Of a stretch of 64,000 nt of DNA, positions 28,578 through 39,812 are shown in pieces. Source of the DNA: Candidatus Obscuribacterales bacterium (lineage in GTDB: Bacteria; Cyanobacteriota; Vampirovibrionia; Obscuribacterales; Obscuribacteraceae); contig CBDDIJ010000003.1 of the NCBI GenBank assembly GCA_965228855.1, forward strand, positions 544,001 through 608,000, read 5' to 3'. Positions within the stretch are counted from its first letter, which is position 1. Every line of letters begins with the position of its first letter. The notes under the pieces were generated by a model that worked only from the letters and a program-made list of their open reading frames with translations, made no database searches and was not told where the DNA came from. A program made the position numbers and the translations under genes.

Positions 28578-29879
28578 ATGAAGAGAAGATTTTTTCGAGA
28601 TTTATACATTGGGTTTTTTGCGTTGTGTTTTTTCGCGACCCAAAACTGTATTTCGGCTTGGGCGCAAGACTCGCAAACTTCGACAGCCCAGAAAAATAAG
28701 GAGCCAATTGTCCTTGAGGGCAATGTCGTCACCCGCGTTGAGGAGATGTCCGACGGTGGGGCAGGTCCGTTCGCCGTTGAAGTCGCGGAAGGATTACAGA
28801 TACGAGACGAGGCGCGAAAGAAGAACATTGCGATCGAAGCATGCTATCCCAAAAACTCCGGTCGATTTCCTGTCATAATTTTTTCGCATGGGGCAATCGC
28901 CTCCGCTCGCGACTATCGTCTCCTGGCCGCTTATTGGGCGAGTCACGGCTATGTGTGTGTGCTGCCCACGCACGAAGACGCTGTGACACTGCATATGACA
29001 CCAGGCGAGAAGATCAGTGTTTTGAAACTGGTGAAGCTTGCCAAAGTCTCCAGGAGTTCAATCGAGGAGCGACAGTTGGACATTTCCAGGACGATAGACG
29101 CGTTATCTCGATTAGCCGATGTCGTACCGAATCTGTCAGACAAAATGGACCAGGAGCGAATTGCTTTGTGTGGTCATCATGCCGGTGCCTTTGCTGTTCA
29201 AGCCTCCGCTGGTGGTGCGATAGGAAGAGCCAACAAAGAGAAAAAATTCGATACTCGCCTAAAGGCAGTAGTCGCGATCACCGGAAAAGACTGGCAACAG
29301 CCTGACATTTCGCGTAACGACCTGGATCAAGTTCAGCTCCCGATGATGATCGTTAGTTTGAGCATAGACGGAAAGCCATTGAGGGAGTCTCGACAACGCT
29401 TCTACAAGGCTATGGAAAATGCACCTGCCGGCAACAAATACTTCGTCACTGCAGATGTAGTGGGTCAGATAGACAAGCCGACAATTAAGACAATTCGAGA
29501 TGCTGTTAAAAATTCGAATGTCGAGTTGCTTCCATTTCATCCTTTTAGAAAACTGCGCGGTGCTTTCCGAACTGATGGAAAATCCTCGATGCGCGGAGGA
29601 CACGAGACCATGGCGAACGCGGCAAATACATCCGCTGGAGTAAAGGTCGGAGAGGTTGCAGAAAATGAACGAGTAGGCGCCAGCGTTCTTCAATCACTCG
29701 GGCTTGGAAGTCTTCTTCCTGACCGGGCTGACAGAGGTGGCTTCAATTTTCTGATGTCGTACACCGTTCCATTTCTCGATGGATATTTGAAAAATGATAG
29801 CACCGCCCTCGCGAAGCTCATGTCTGAAGATGGGCACTCCTTCGGGGATATGATCGAAGCAAAAATAGAGCGATACTAA
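28578..29879 (+). CDS. Secreted alpha/beta-hydrolase-fold protein (PAF-AH/dienelactone-hydrolase-like) lacking the nucleophile Ser
   Basis: FPVIIFSHG, ASHGYV, DQERIALCGHHAG, DTRLKAVVA. Confidence 0.75.
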   Translation: MKRRFFRDLYIGFFALCFFATQNCISAWAQDSQTSTAQKNKEPIVLEGNVVTRVEEMSDGGAGPFAVEVAEGLQIRDEARKKNIAIEACYPKNSGRFPVIIFSHGAIASARDYRLLAAYWASHGYVCVLPTHEDAVTLHMTPGEKISVLKLVKLAKVSRSSIEERQLDISRTIDALSRLADVVPNLSDKMDQERIALCGHHAGAFAVQASAGGAIGRANKEKKFDTRLKAVVAITGKDWQQPDISRNDLDQVQLPMMIVSLSIDGKPLRESRQRFYKAMENAPAGNKYFVTADVVGQIDKPTIKTIRDAVKNSNVELLPFHPFRKLRGAFRTDGKSSMRGGHETMANAANTSAGVKVGEVAENERVGASVLQSLGLGSLLPDRADRGGFNFLMSYTVPFLDGYLKNDSTALAKLMSEDGHSFGDMIEAKIERY

Positions 29880-29987
29880 TGGCGGTGCGCACCCTATGTG
29901 GTGCCAAGCACGACTGATAACGGATCTGATCCTTGTCAGTTCCTCTTTACTACGCTAGAGTCAGGCTTGGAAAGGGGATCTTTAGCG

Positions 29988-30524
29988 ATGAAACGTATCC
30001 TAACATTGATCGCGTTACTTCTCGCGATGTTCTCTAGTACTCTGAATTTCAGCCAGATCGACTTTATGTATGGTCCTGGTTATGGTGCTCGCGTTCTCTT
30101 CGTTGCTGATGGTGACACGATCACAGTGCGCCATGGAAAACGAAAGGAAAAAATCCGATTGTATGGAATAGACTGTCCCGAAAAACTTCAAGAATATGGA
30201 CTGCAGGCGCGCTTGCTGACTGCAAAACTTACAACCGACCAGATTGTAAGCGTGATACCCGTTCACAAGGATCGATATGGGCGATTGGTGGCTTACATCA
30301 TTTTGCCTGATGGGTCTAATTTAAATTATAAACTCGTTTGTGAAGGCTCCGCCTGGTGGTACCGTGATTACGCCAGGAAAGATCTGCAGTTTGCCACACG
30401 AGAGTTGTTCGCTCGTGGGCAGCGGCGCGGTTTATGGTCCGGCGATGATCCACTTCCTCCCTGGGATTTCCGCAAAGGCGTGTCGCTAAACTCCAGCAGA
30501 GAGGACTCCAGGCGGCTGTTCTAG
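29988..30524 (+). CDS. Thermonuclease (SNase-like) family protein
   Basis: VADGDTI, IRLYGIDCPE, DRYGRLVA, RGLW...PPWDFR; N-terminal signal/TM. Confidence 0.92.
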   Translation: MKRILTLIALLLAMFSSTLNFSQIDFMYGPGYGARVLFVADGDTITVRHGKRKEKIRLYGIDCPEKLQEYGLQARLLTAKLTTDQIVSVIPVHKDRYGRLVAYIILPDGSNLNYKLVCEGSAWWYRDYARKDLQFATRELFARGQRRGLWSGDDPLPPWDFRKGVSLNSSREDSRRLF

Positions 30525-30548
30525 TTTATAAGCCTGCTCGAAGGACTA

Positions 30549-30977
30549 CTATTGAGCGGTTCTCTTATACTCTGCGCGCGGGTGAATAGCGATGCCACCG
30601 CGCGGGGTGAACTTACCGATGACGCGCAACCACTCCGGATCGAGCAAATTGATCAAATCATTTGCGATTCTGTTGATACATGCTTCGTGGAACTCACCTT
30701 GTTGTCTAAACTGACCGAGATAGATCTTGAGTGATTTACTCTCGACTAAAACAGCTCTGGGAATGTATTCAATTTCGATTGTCGCGAAGTCCGGTTGACC
30801 GGTAATCGGGCAGAGGCTGGTGAACTCATTTGCGCTGATTGCTACAGTTCCAGTTACGTTGTTACGATTCTCCGAAGGGTCGTGGAACGGATTTGGCACT
30901 GCTTCAAGAGTCGCTGCGTCAGGACTGTCGTACCTTATTTCACTTTTGTTGCCGAGGTGTTTGAGTTCTTGCATCAT
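30549..30977 (-). CDS. queF: NADPH-dependent preQ0 reductase (type I QueF)
   Basis: [39 protein letters not shown] overlap with the queE stop. Confidence 0.95.
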   Translation of the reverse strand: MMQELKHLGNKSEIRYDSPDAATLEAVPNPFHDPSENRNNVTGTVAISANEFTSLCPITGQPDFATIEIEYIPRAVLVESKSLKIYLGQFRQQGEFHEACINRIANDLINLLDPEWLRVIGKFTPRGGIAIHPRAEYKRTAQ

Positions 30978-31666
30978 CTGATTCCTACGAGTTTGTGCAG
31001 CTGGATTGTAAGGGTGTGTCCGAATTTCTGAGCAACCTGTGCGCAAAGTTTAGTATTTAAAGCGTTGACTTCCGGGTCGCCCGAGTCGAGAGGCATCACA
31101 TAGACGGGAACATTCTTCTCTGGTTTTGCCAGTGCTGCTATGATGCCATTGGTCTGCGTAGATTCAATTGGCAAGCCGTCTCTCTCGTCCACTTTGTCGC
31201 TTGTAATCACGTATTTGAAGGCCGTCGCGCGCCTGCGAATTTCCTGGTTGATTGTCGGAGTTTTCGGACTAACGACTATATGCAAATTGTCGCTTTCTGG
31301 AAGATCTACCCACAGCGTGCCATTTGTTTCTATTTGAACAAGCAGTTCAGCGTCCAGAAGCCGCTCGACCAGAGGCTTTATGTTCTGTCTAAAAGGCTCA
31401 CCGCCAGTAATAACTACTAACTTTGTGGTACCGTCCGTGAAGGCACGTACTTCAGATAGAACGTCATTGATCGACGGTTTCCACTGTGAAGATTCGAAGT
31501 CGGTATCACACCAAAAACATCGCAAGTTGCATCCGGCTAAGCGTACGAAAACCGCAGGGCGTCCAGCGAACGGACCTTCACCCTGAAGCGAGTGAAAAAT
31601 CTCCTGCACCCAGAGGGTCTCGCCATCGTTCAATTCCTGCTGGCGTATGGGGTTATCGCCGCGCAT
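30974..31666 (-). CDS. queE: 7-carboxy-7-deazaguanine synthase (radical SAM)
   Basis: [46 protein letters not shown]. Confidence 0.95.
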   Translation of the reverse strand: MRGDNPIRQQELNDGETLWVQEIFHSLQGEGPFAGRPAVFVRLAGCNLRCFWCDTDFESSQWKPSINDVLSEVRAFTDGTTKLVVITGGEPFRQNIKPLVERLLDAELLVQIETNGTLWVDLPESDNLHIVVSPKTPTINQEIRRRATAFKYVITSDKVDERDGLPIESTQTNGIIAALAKPEKNVPVYVMPLDSGDPEVNALNTKLCAQVAQKFGHTLTIQLHKLVGIR

Positions 31667-32369
31667 TGGAGGGCACCCCTTCAAGAAGTGGATCTTCAAT
31701 ACCGGCTTGGGCAAAACCCTTTGCGCGTAGAACGCATGAATTGCAATTACCGCAAGGTGGTCGCTGACCGTTATAGCAAGTGGTGCTGAATGCCAGAGCG
31801 TCCATGCAACCGGGCAGTGAAACTGCCAACTCTACTGTTTCCTTCTTTGACAAATTCTGCAGCGGCGCTGCGATTCTAATCGGTTTATCTAAACCGTTGC
31901 TTATGGCGGATTCCATGCTTTTGATGAACGACTCACGGCAATCGGGATAGCCTGCAAAATCTTCTTGAGACACGCCGATAACGATAGTGTCGCAGCCTTT
32001 GACATAAGCGCGACTGGCTGCCAGTGAGAGGAAGACAATATTTCGACCCGGCACGAATGTACTCGGAAGTTCCGAAGAAGCATTCGAAGCACCCTCCGCA
32101 TCCGAGGCTGGAATGGCTTGATCAGTATCGGTGAGCGAGCTGAGATTCGCGAACGCAGGTCCAAGATCGATCAGATCCTGCTTCACGCCCGCCATTTCCG
32201 CGATCAGTCTGGCGCTCTCCAATTCAATTATGTGGCGCTGACCGTAAGAAAACGTTAGTGCATGCACCTCGTCGAAGTTTTGCAATGCCCAGTACAAGCA
32301 CGTCGTGCTGTCTTGCCCTCCGGAGAAGACAACAAGCGCTTTGTTTTGCGGATCTGGACTGATATTCAT
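31653..32369 (-). CDS. queC: 7-cyano-7-deazaguanine synthase
   Basis: VFSGGQDSTT, YGQRH, TFVPGRN, GYPDCR, TCY...CGNCNSC.LR. Confidence 0.96.
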   Translation of the reverse strand: MNISPDPQNKALVVFSGGQDSTTCLYWALQNFDEVHALTFSYGQRHIIELESARLIAEMAGVKQDLIDLGPAFANLSSLTDTDQAIPASDAEGASNASSELPSTFVPGRNIVFLSLAASRAYVKGCDTIVIGVSQEDFAGYPDCRESFIKSMESAISNGLDKPIRIAAPLQNLSKKETVELAVSLPGCMDALAFSTTCYNGQRPPCGNCNSCVLRAKGFAQAGIEDPLLEGVPSNARR

Positions 32370-32491
32370 GGGCAGACACAATTTGCTGATTCCGAACCGG
32401 TAAGTATACCCTTTCAGTGGCAAAATCTCAGCTCTGTCACGATTTTGAGTTTATTTGTTTTAACGGAGCAGTTTATTCACGCTGCGAACCG

Positions 32492-33220
32492 CTAATCCTC
32501 GTCGTCTTCCAGGGAGGTTACTTCTCGCCAGACGCCGTCCACTCCTCTTATTTCGTGGGGTAAGAATTTTGCCTTATATTTCATCGAGCGGCAGTCTTTG
32601 ACGAAATAGCCAAGGTAAACATAGGGAAGCCCCAGTTGTCGAGCGCGTTCTACGATTGACAGGATCATCCATGTCCCAAGAGACCTTTTCGGCAGTTCCG
32701 GCGAGTAGAAGGAGTAGACCGCCGAAAATCCGTCCGGCAGCGGGTCAACATATGCTATCCCGATTAATTGGTCATCCAGATAATGGCACCATTCTTCGAT
32801 TGGAAAAGGATTGTCTGATAGCGAATTTAGGTGAGAAAGGGAGTTTCGAATGTCCGGTTTTGGCCAACCGACGGCATCGGCGTGATGTTCGTGATGCTTT
32901 ACATAGAGGTCAAGGGTTTCTCTGTTGAGAGCGGCATCTCCAATGCGAATCTCAATGTCCTGGTTTGTCTTGAAAGAACGCTTCTGGCTGCGGCTTGGCG
33001 TAAATTTGTCGACTACGATGCGTATGGCTTTGCACTCGGAACAATTTCCGCAGACAGGGCGGAACAGAGCGTGTCCGTACTTCCTCCAGCCCGCTCGCAC
33101 TTTATCCATGTACTCGACGGGAGTCAATTCACTGACATACTCATATTCGAGGCGCCATTGCCTGTCAGGTAGATACCCGCATTTGTCAGGTGATGATAGA
33201 AACTTACCGACAACTTTCAT
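32492..33220 (-). CDS. bpt: Arginyl-tRNA-protein transferase family (ATE1-like / Bpt Asp/Glu leucyltransferase)
   Basis: CGYLP, FRPVCGNCSEC..IRI, F.PSRSQKR, SAVYSFY, SLGTW.IL, YVYLGY.V..C.SM.YK. Confidence 0.88.
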   Translation of the reverse strand: MKVVGKFLSSPDKCGYLPDRQWRLEYEYVSELTPVEYMDKVRAGWRKYGHALFRPVCGNCSECKAIRIVVDKFTPSRSQKRSFKTNQDIEIRIGDAALNRETLDLYVKHHEHHADAVGWPKPDIRNSLSHLNSLSDNPFPIEEWCHYLDDQLIGIAYVDPLPDGFSAVYSFYSPELPKRSLGTWMILSIVERARQLGLPYVYLGYFVKDCRSMKYKAKFLPHEIRGVDGVWREVTSLEDDED

Positions 33221-33428
33221 TTGTGGGATTCTGCGGTTCCTTTCTCTCGCGCTCTTAAATTTTATACTTACCTATAGAGTACGAGGTTTTCTGCACGGAC
33301 CGCAACGACTGATTCGAATAGCTATTGTACCCTAATGCAGTTGCACCACTTCCCAGCTCGGAGAGAATGCAGAACCAAGCATCTAGCTCATTCTGTTTTT
33401 CCCGTGTCGGACCTGATTTCGGCAGAAA

Positions 33429-34604
33429 TCAGAACTGACTCAGCGAAGACGAGACTCCTGAGGTTCGATTCTTAAGTCGTTCAAGCGCGTCAGAATCCGA
33501 GCGAAGAAATACTTGAAAAAAGTCTAGCGTCGTTTCGCTTATCGTTTTTCGCGGATCGTCGTCATCTAAATATTCCGATGATAGTCTGTGCTCACCCTTG
33601 ATGCCGCCTGAAAAGGAGAGGTGATCGGCACCTTTGATTGAGATAAGAATTTTAGGCGAATTTGCTCTTTCATAGAGGAACTTTTTATCGTCACCTCTCC
33701 CTAGTGCTGGTTCTAACTCTCCATATTCGAAAAGAACCGGTATTGTGATGGCTTTTAAATCGTTATCGGAGTCGACTTTATAGACAAAGTCGTTCACCGG
33801 TCCGGATAGTGCGGCAACTGCTTTTATTCGCTTGTCTAACCGTTTTTCGTCGGCTCCGCTCAAAAGTAGACTCGTCCAGGCACCGAATGAATGCCCGAAC
33901 AAACCGATTCGGTCTATGTCGATTTTGTTTAGAAAGCGGTTGTTCTCGGTTTTGTTCCAGCCGAGCGCCTGTTCAATCGTGTCCGCAAGCTGGGAGGGGC
34001 GGTAGTCAAAAGTCGTGCGTCCTTCTTTAGCCGCTTTATTAAGACCGTATTCTCGCAGCCAGTAGATATCCCGGTTTGTTTTCATTCGCATGAAACCGTC
34101 GAACGCGACCGGCTCGTCTATGCGTGCGGCGTTGACGGTATCAAGGTAATCCGGCGCTACCACAATATAGCCGTGTTTTGCCAGAAGCTCACAAATGAAG
34201 AATGAACTGGTACCAGAACCGGTGGCACCGTGAGAGTAGAAAACGATTGGAAACTTGCCTTCGGCAACTGGCGAATCGACAGCTAGATTTGCTTCAACTG
34301 ATGACGGTCCTAGCTTGTACATGTGCTTACCGGAGCTGAGCGCGGATGGATACCAGACCGCCACTTTATACGCGACCCGCTGATCTTTGTACGGATGATC
34401 GGCAGCCAGGACAGTGTAACCAACATAGTAGTTTTTCTCGTTGGTTTGGAGCGCTGCCGTTCTCGTGCTCTGTGTAACCGTTTCAGCCCTTTCAACCGTT
34501 TTCGCATAAGATGATGGTGTCGAGGCGGCCGCCACGAGAAAGAGGAGGGACAGCGCGAGAGCTTTACTTGCGGCAGATCTTTTCCGATAAGATTCCCGTA
34601 GCAT
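33429..34604 (-). CDS. Secreted alpha/beta hydrolase (PAF-AH/dienelactone-hydrolase-like)
   Basis: FPIVFYSHG, GHSFG nucleophile elbow, GADHLSF catalytic His; signal peptide. Confidence 0.85.
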   Translation of the reverse strand: MLRESYRKRSAASKALALSLLFLVAAASTPSSYAKTVERAETVTQSTRTAALQTNEKNYYVGYTVLAADHPYKDQRVAYKVAVWYPSALSSGKHMYKLGPSSVEANLAVDSPVAEGKFPIVFYSHGATGSGTSSFFICELLAKHGYIVVAPDYLDTVNAARIDEPVAFDGFMRMKTNRDIYWLREYGLNKAAKEGRTTFDYRPSQLADTIEQALGWNKTENNRFLNKIDIDRIGLFGHSFGAWTSLLLSGADEKRLDKRIKAVAALSGPVNDFVYKVDSDNDLKAITIPVLFEYGELEPALGRGDDKKFLYERANSPKILISIKGADHLSFSGGIKGEHRLSSEYLDDDDPRKTISETTLDFFQVFLRSDSDALERLKNRTSGVSSSLSQF

Positions 34605-34840
34605 TGTTACCTCACTTTTGAATTTGCGCTTGCAGTTGGTGCGTCGTTTACTATACCGAATTTGCAGACGCACCGAGCTCTGTGCGTTTCATCGACTCTT
34701 TACAGCCTGGCAAAAAGCTGTCCAGTTGCTTGCATCGGGAAATAAAATAGTCCGGGTCACTCCTAAAGTTCGGCTGCGGTTACGTCGATTAGGCAACACA
34801 GGGAAAGTGTTCAGTTGTTTTAAGTCGCGAGGAGCGCACC

Positions 34841-35935
34841 ATGACTATGATCAAATTCAATGGAGTACGGAAGGTTCCTGGAAGACCAACTCTTGTAGAA
34901 GGCGTCGAGGGGCGGCGTTACGTCGACAACAAAATTTTGAAGAACCTGGAGAGCTCTCAGCGAGGCGGCGGCTACAACGCATATACCAGTTACACCTCAG
35001 CGAGTCCGTATTCCTACACTCCGGGACAGGCGCTCAACGATTTTGAGTACGGCGTCGACCAGGACGGCTTCAGTTCCGAACCTCTAACTCACGAAGACAG
35101 CCAGCAACATTCGTTCTTGAACGAAGAGGAATCCTCAGAGGCTGAGCACATTGAACCCTACTTCGAGGAGTTTCACTACAGTGAAAACGAGTGTTATGTT
35201 TCCGCGTACGACGCAGGTGAAATCTCCACGTCGCAAAATTTAGTTTGGACACAAGATAGTCCGGATGAGGCTACTATCCGGCCGCTTACCGACGAGGGAT
35301 TTGAAATCAGTGATTTGTTCAAAGCTTGTGTTGAGCATAACTCTGAGGTGCAGCGCACGATTGAGTTAAACATCCAGAGCCGTATCGATCGTGCCGATGA
35401 ACTCAAGCGAATTCGTGAAGAGTTTAGTGATCTCAATTTAGATTACACGGAGATTGAAGATTTCGAACTTCACGGCGATGCTCAAACTCAGAGTTCTGAT
35501 TACGAAACGATTGAAAGCGGGTATGTGCATCGCCCGTTCACCGCGGCGTTTTACAGTTCCACCCCCGCACAAAACAATCCGGTCACAGGTGGCAGAGCGA
35601 TGAAAACCGATATTCTGCGCCTGCCCCAATCGGGCGTGGTGCGTTCCAGTCGCGGCACTGTAGAGTTGCTTGTGCACGCCAATGGTTTGACTTTTAAACC
35701 GTTTTACAATCTTTGCGGCATGCTGGTATCAGTCACAATCAGCGATGGACGCCGCATCGAGAAGAGCTTTTACGGAAACTGGCGCTTGATCAGTTCCGAC
35801 GGTAAAGCGCTGAGTGAAAGGATTGACACTGTTTCTTTCGATAAAAAGGGCAATTTGTGGTATCAGACCGCGCAAGGCAAGCGAGTTACCTTTTTTGTCG
35901 ACGGTCACACCGAAACGTTGCGTCAAACATCATGA
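34841..35935 (+). CDS. Hypothetical protein, acidic middle and beta-rich C-terminus
   Basis: 364-aa ORF with GGAG RBS; no family recognised. Confidence 0.65.
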   Translation: MTMIKFNGVRKVPGRPTLVEGVEGRRYVDNKILKNLESSQRGGGYNAYTSYTSASPYSYTPGQALNDFEYGVDQDGFSSEPLTHEDSQQHSFLNEEESSEAEHIEPYFEEFHYSENECYVSAYDAGEISTSQNLVWTQDSPDEATIRPLTDEGFEISDLFKACVEHNSEVQRTIELNIQSRIDRADELKRIREEFSDLNLDYTEIEDFELHGDAQTQSSDYETIESGYVHRPFTAAFYSSTPAQNNPVTGGRAMKTDILRLPQSGVVRSSRGTVELLVHANGLTFKPFYNLCGMLVSVTISDGRRIEKSFYGNWRLISSDGKALSERIDTVSFDKKGNLWYQTAQGKRVTFFVDGHTETLRQTS

Positions 35936-35953
35936 ACGATTTACGCGCGGCTC

Positions 35954-37489
<1,536 letters not shown>

Positions 37490-37544
37490 TCAGGATACCG
37501 AATCGGGGGAGATTAGTCCATTAAATGAGGACCGAGTCTCACAG

Positions 37545-37733
37545 TTACGGCCCCGGATTATAAGCGGGACAGCATCCGCTGAAAGTGGCAATCTTTGCTT
37601 CCATCGATTTCAGGTACAAGTCGTTGACAAGGTCTACGAGGTAAGTGAAATCATCGGGAATGTCTTCATCCCATAATCTATCTTCCACTACTTCGAGGAG
37701 TTGTTGATAAGAGGCCGTGTCAGGAATTTTCAT
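37545..37733 (-). CDS. Small acidic hypothetical protein (62 aa)
   Basis: ATG-started ORF with protein-like composition, no overlap with other genes. Confidence 0.4.
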   Translation of the reverse strand: MKIPDTASYQQLLEVVEDRLWDEDIPDDFTYLVDLVNDLYLKSMEAKIATFSGCCPAYNPGP

Positions 37734-38226
37734 TTTAAGTTCGCATTCTAGAGACCATTTCCCGGTCTGTTTGTATGAACGTTGCGTCCGAATTTTTTAG
37801 GAGAGATTATTTCGATATTTGCTACCACTTATGGTGCTGCTGCTTGGCACCGTCTGCGCAACCACTAATCGATTCGTTTCTCCACTGCCGTCAGGAAGAC
37901 CACACCGGTGTGGCTTCGCTACGAGATCACTAGATACACCCGGCTCTGTAAATGTTTCTCTAAAAGACGAACGAATTTGCAGTTTTAACAATTTGGAACG
38001 ATGCTTGCAAATCTGCCGACAGAGTTAAGTGTGAACCATATCTGGTGGCAAATTGATTGGGATGCGATGAACGTTTCGAAAAGCGCTGAAAAGATCGATA
38101 CCGGGTTTTTCGCGGACAGGTCCGGACGTAGTATGATGGACCTTTCTTATGCTGGTCAGGTAATCAGCCTTTCGATGCAGGAATTACGGACAGAATACCG
38201 TTCTGTCAAGAGCTTGGAGCCAAACA

Positions 38227-38643
38227 ATGAAAGTGCTTTTCGCGGTAGACGATTCGAAGTTTGCGGATCATGCCATTGAAACCGTCGGTTCCCGACCGTG
38301 GCCGGTCAATACCGAGTTCCGAATCCTGAGTGTTCTCGAACTCAGTCGCAGTGAATTTGATGGTTCCGATGCCGCGGTAATAGATAAATTGAAAGCCGAT
38401 GTAGAGGCAAAAGCGAAAGTGCTGGAAACTTTGCATCCTTCTGCCAAGATCGATGTTAAGGTACTTCAAGGACGGGCAAAGGATGCAATCCTCAGTCATG
38501 CCGAAGAATGGGGCTCAGACTTGATTGTCGTGGGTTCGCACGGTCGAAGAGGCCTGCAAAAGTTCCTGCTCGGCAGCGTTGCTGAATCGATTCTGGTGCA
38601 ATCACCATGTGCTGTCGAGATTGTACGGATAAAAGGCGCTTGA
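38227..38643 (+). CDS. Universal stress protein
   Basis: KVLFAVDDS, DLIVVGSHGRRG...LLGSVAE, PCAVEIV. Confidence 0.93.
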   Translation: MKVLFAVDDSKFADHAIETVGSRPWPVNTEFRILSVLELSRSEFDGSDAAVIDKLKADVEAKAKVLETLHPSAKIDVKVLQGRAKDAILSHAEEWGSDLIVVGSHGRRGLQKFLLGSVAESILVQSPCAVEIVRIKGA

Positions 38644-38710
38644 ACGTCGGTCAACCTGCGATCGAGTTACAACGGAAGTGGATGCGAGTGCGAATCAGGA
38701 TGGAACGTTT

Positions 38711-39184
38711 ATGAAAGTACTGGTAGCGATACAGGATGAGAAATGCGTCGACGTCTTAGGCGCCTGGATGCGTAAATATCCATGGCCCACGCCAGTGGAA
38801 TTCCGGGTGCTGCACGTCATTCATCCGGTGCGGGTTAATAGCTACATGAGCCTCCTGCCGGCTCCGTTGACGGACAATATAGCAGCCCAACGGAAAAAGG
38901 CAGGTGAGGCTGTGGCAAGACAACTGGCGGAGCAGCTTCGCGAAAGCTTTCCGGGTATTCCGGTAGACGAGCAGATAGTCGAAGGCGAGGCGAAATCTGA
39001 GATTGTCGACCAGCTAACTGATTGGAACGCCGACCTGGTGCTCTTGGGTTCGCACGGCAAGCACGGCTTGATGGGGAGCGTGTCTCGCACGGTCGTCGCC
39101 CATAGCCCGTGTTCAGCCATTGTAGTCCCTGTCCAGGCTCAGGACCGAAAGAGCTCGAAAGAGAAAATCCACATTATTATCTAG
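38711..39184 (+). CDS. Universal stress protein
   Basis: MKVLVAI, ADLVLLGSHG..GLMGSVS..V..HSPCS. Confidence 0.9.
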   Translation: MKVLVAIQDEKCVDVLGAWMRKYPWPTPVEFRVLHVIHPVRVNSYMSLLPAPLTDNIAAQRKKAGEAVARQLAEQLRESFPGIPVDEQIVEGEAKSEIVDQLTDWNADLVLLGSHGKHGLMGSVSRTVVAHSPCSAIVVPVQAQDRKSSKEKIHIII

Positions 39185-39231
39185 GTGGGTCTTTTGAGCG
39201 CTTTTGAAACTGGTGGTGCGTCTGAAGTAGC

Positions 39232-39660
39232 CTAGCGGACCAGTAGAACGGGACATACTTGCGTCTTTTTCAACCGCTCGGTGCGGGCCGGCAGCCAGCG
39301 TGCCAATACGGTGTCCGGTGGAGCATCGCTGAGGATAAGCAAATCAGTCTTTTGTTCTTGCATCAGGCGCTCGACCTCTGAAGCTTCTCTGCTTCCACAG
39401 TCTAAAGTCTCAATAATCAGGCGGATGTCATGTTCACGACAAGTTTGATAGGCGGCGTGACGGAACTTCCGGAAAAAGTGAGTGAAGTCCTCTCGAGAGC
39501 CTGAGCTTATGAGGTTATGGCACACGATGATCCTGAGAACCGCGCCACGCATCTCAGCTTGCTCAACTGCTTCACTTAACAGACGCCATGCGCTTTTGAA
39601 CTGGGTAATACAGGCAATCACTTGATGTTGTGTTGCTACTTCTTCGATAACCTGGTTCAT
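39232..39660 (-). CDS. Divergent Usp-like protein
   Basis: Usp topology (VIACI..., DLLIL, CPVLLVR) without the Gly-rich ATP motif. Confidence 0.65.
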   Translation of the reverse strand: MNQVIEEVATQHQVIACITQFKSAWRLLSEAVEQAEMRGAVLRIIVCHNLISSGSREDFTHFFRKFRHAAYQTCREHDIRLIIETLDCGSREASEVERLMQEQKTDLLILSDAPPDTVLARWLPARTERLKKTQVCPVLLVR

Positions 39661-39812
39661 CCCGAATCGCCCCGCCTGCCGTTAAAAGTCCTGCCACCCT
39701 AGAATTCCAGCATAAGGAACAATTGTTATTAACTTGTGATGGACTTTGCTTACTTTTGTAATGACAACAGGTGTGAATGTTGCGTTTTGCGAAGCTTTCA
39801 GGTTTTGGTCGG

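Noticed and set aside
28430..28828. N-terminal extension of the 272-aa track ORF
   Set aside because: Overlaps the divergent 28578 gene; the ATG at 28429 is more plausible.
29988..32369. que genes plus nuclease as a 7-deazaguanine DNA-modification (dpd) defence system
   Set aside because: No dpdA/tgt-like gene, QueF points to the tRNA preQ1 route, and the nuclease is convergent and exported.
32370..32491. preQ1 riboswitch before queC
   Set aside because: No recognisable preQ1 stem-loop with A-rich tail; a covariance search was not possible.
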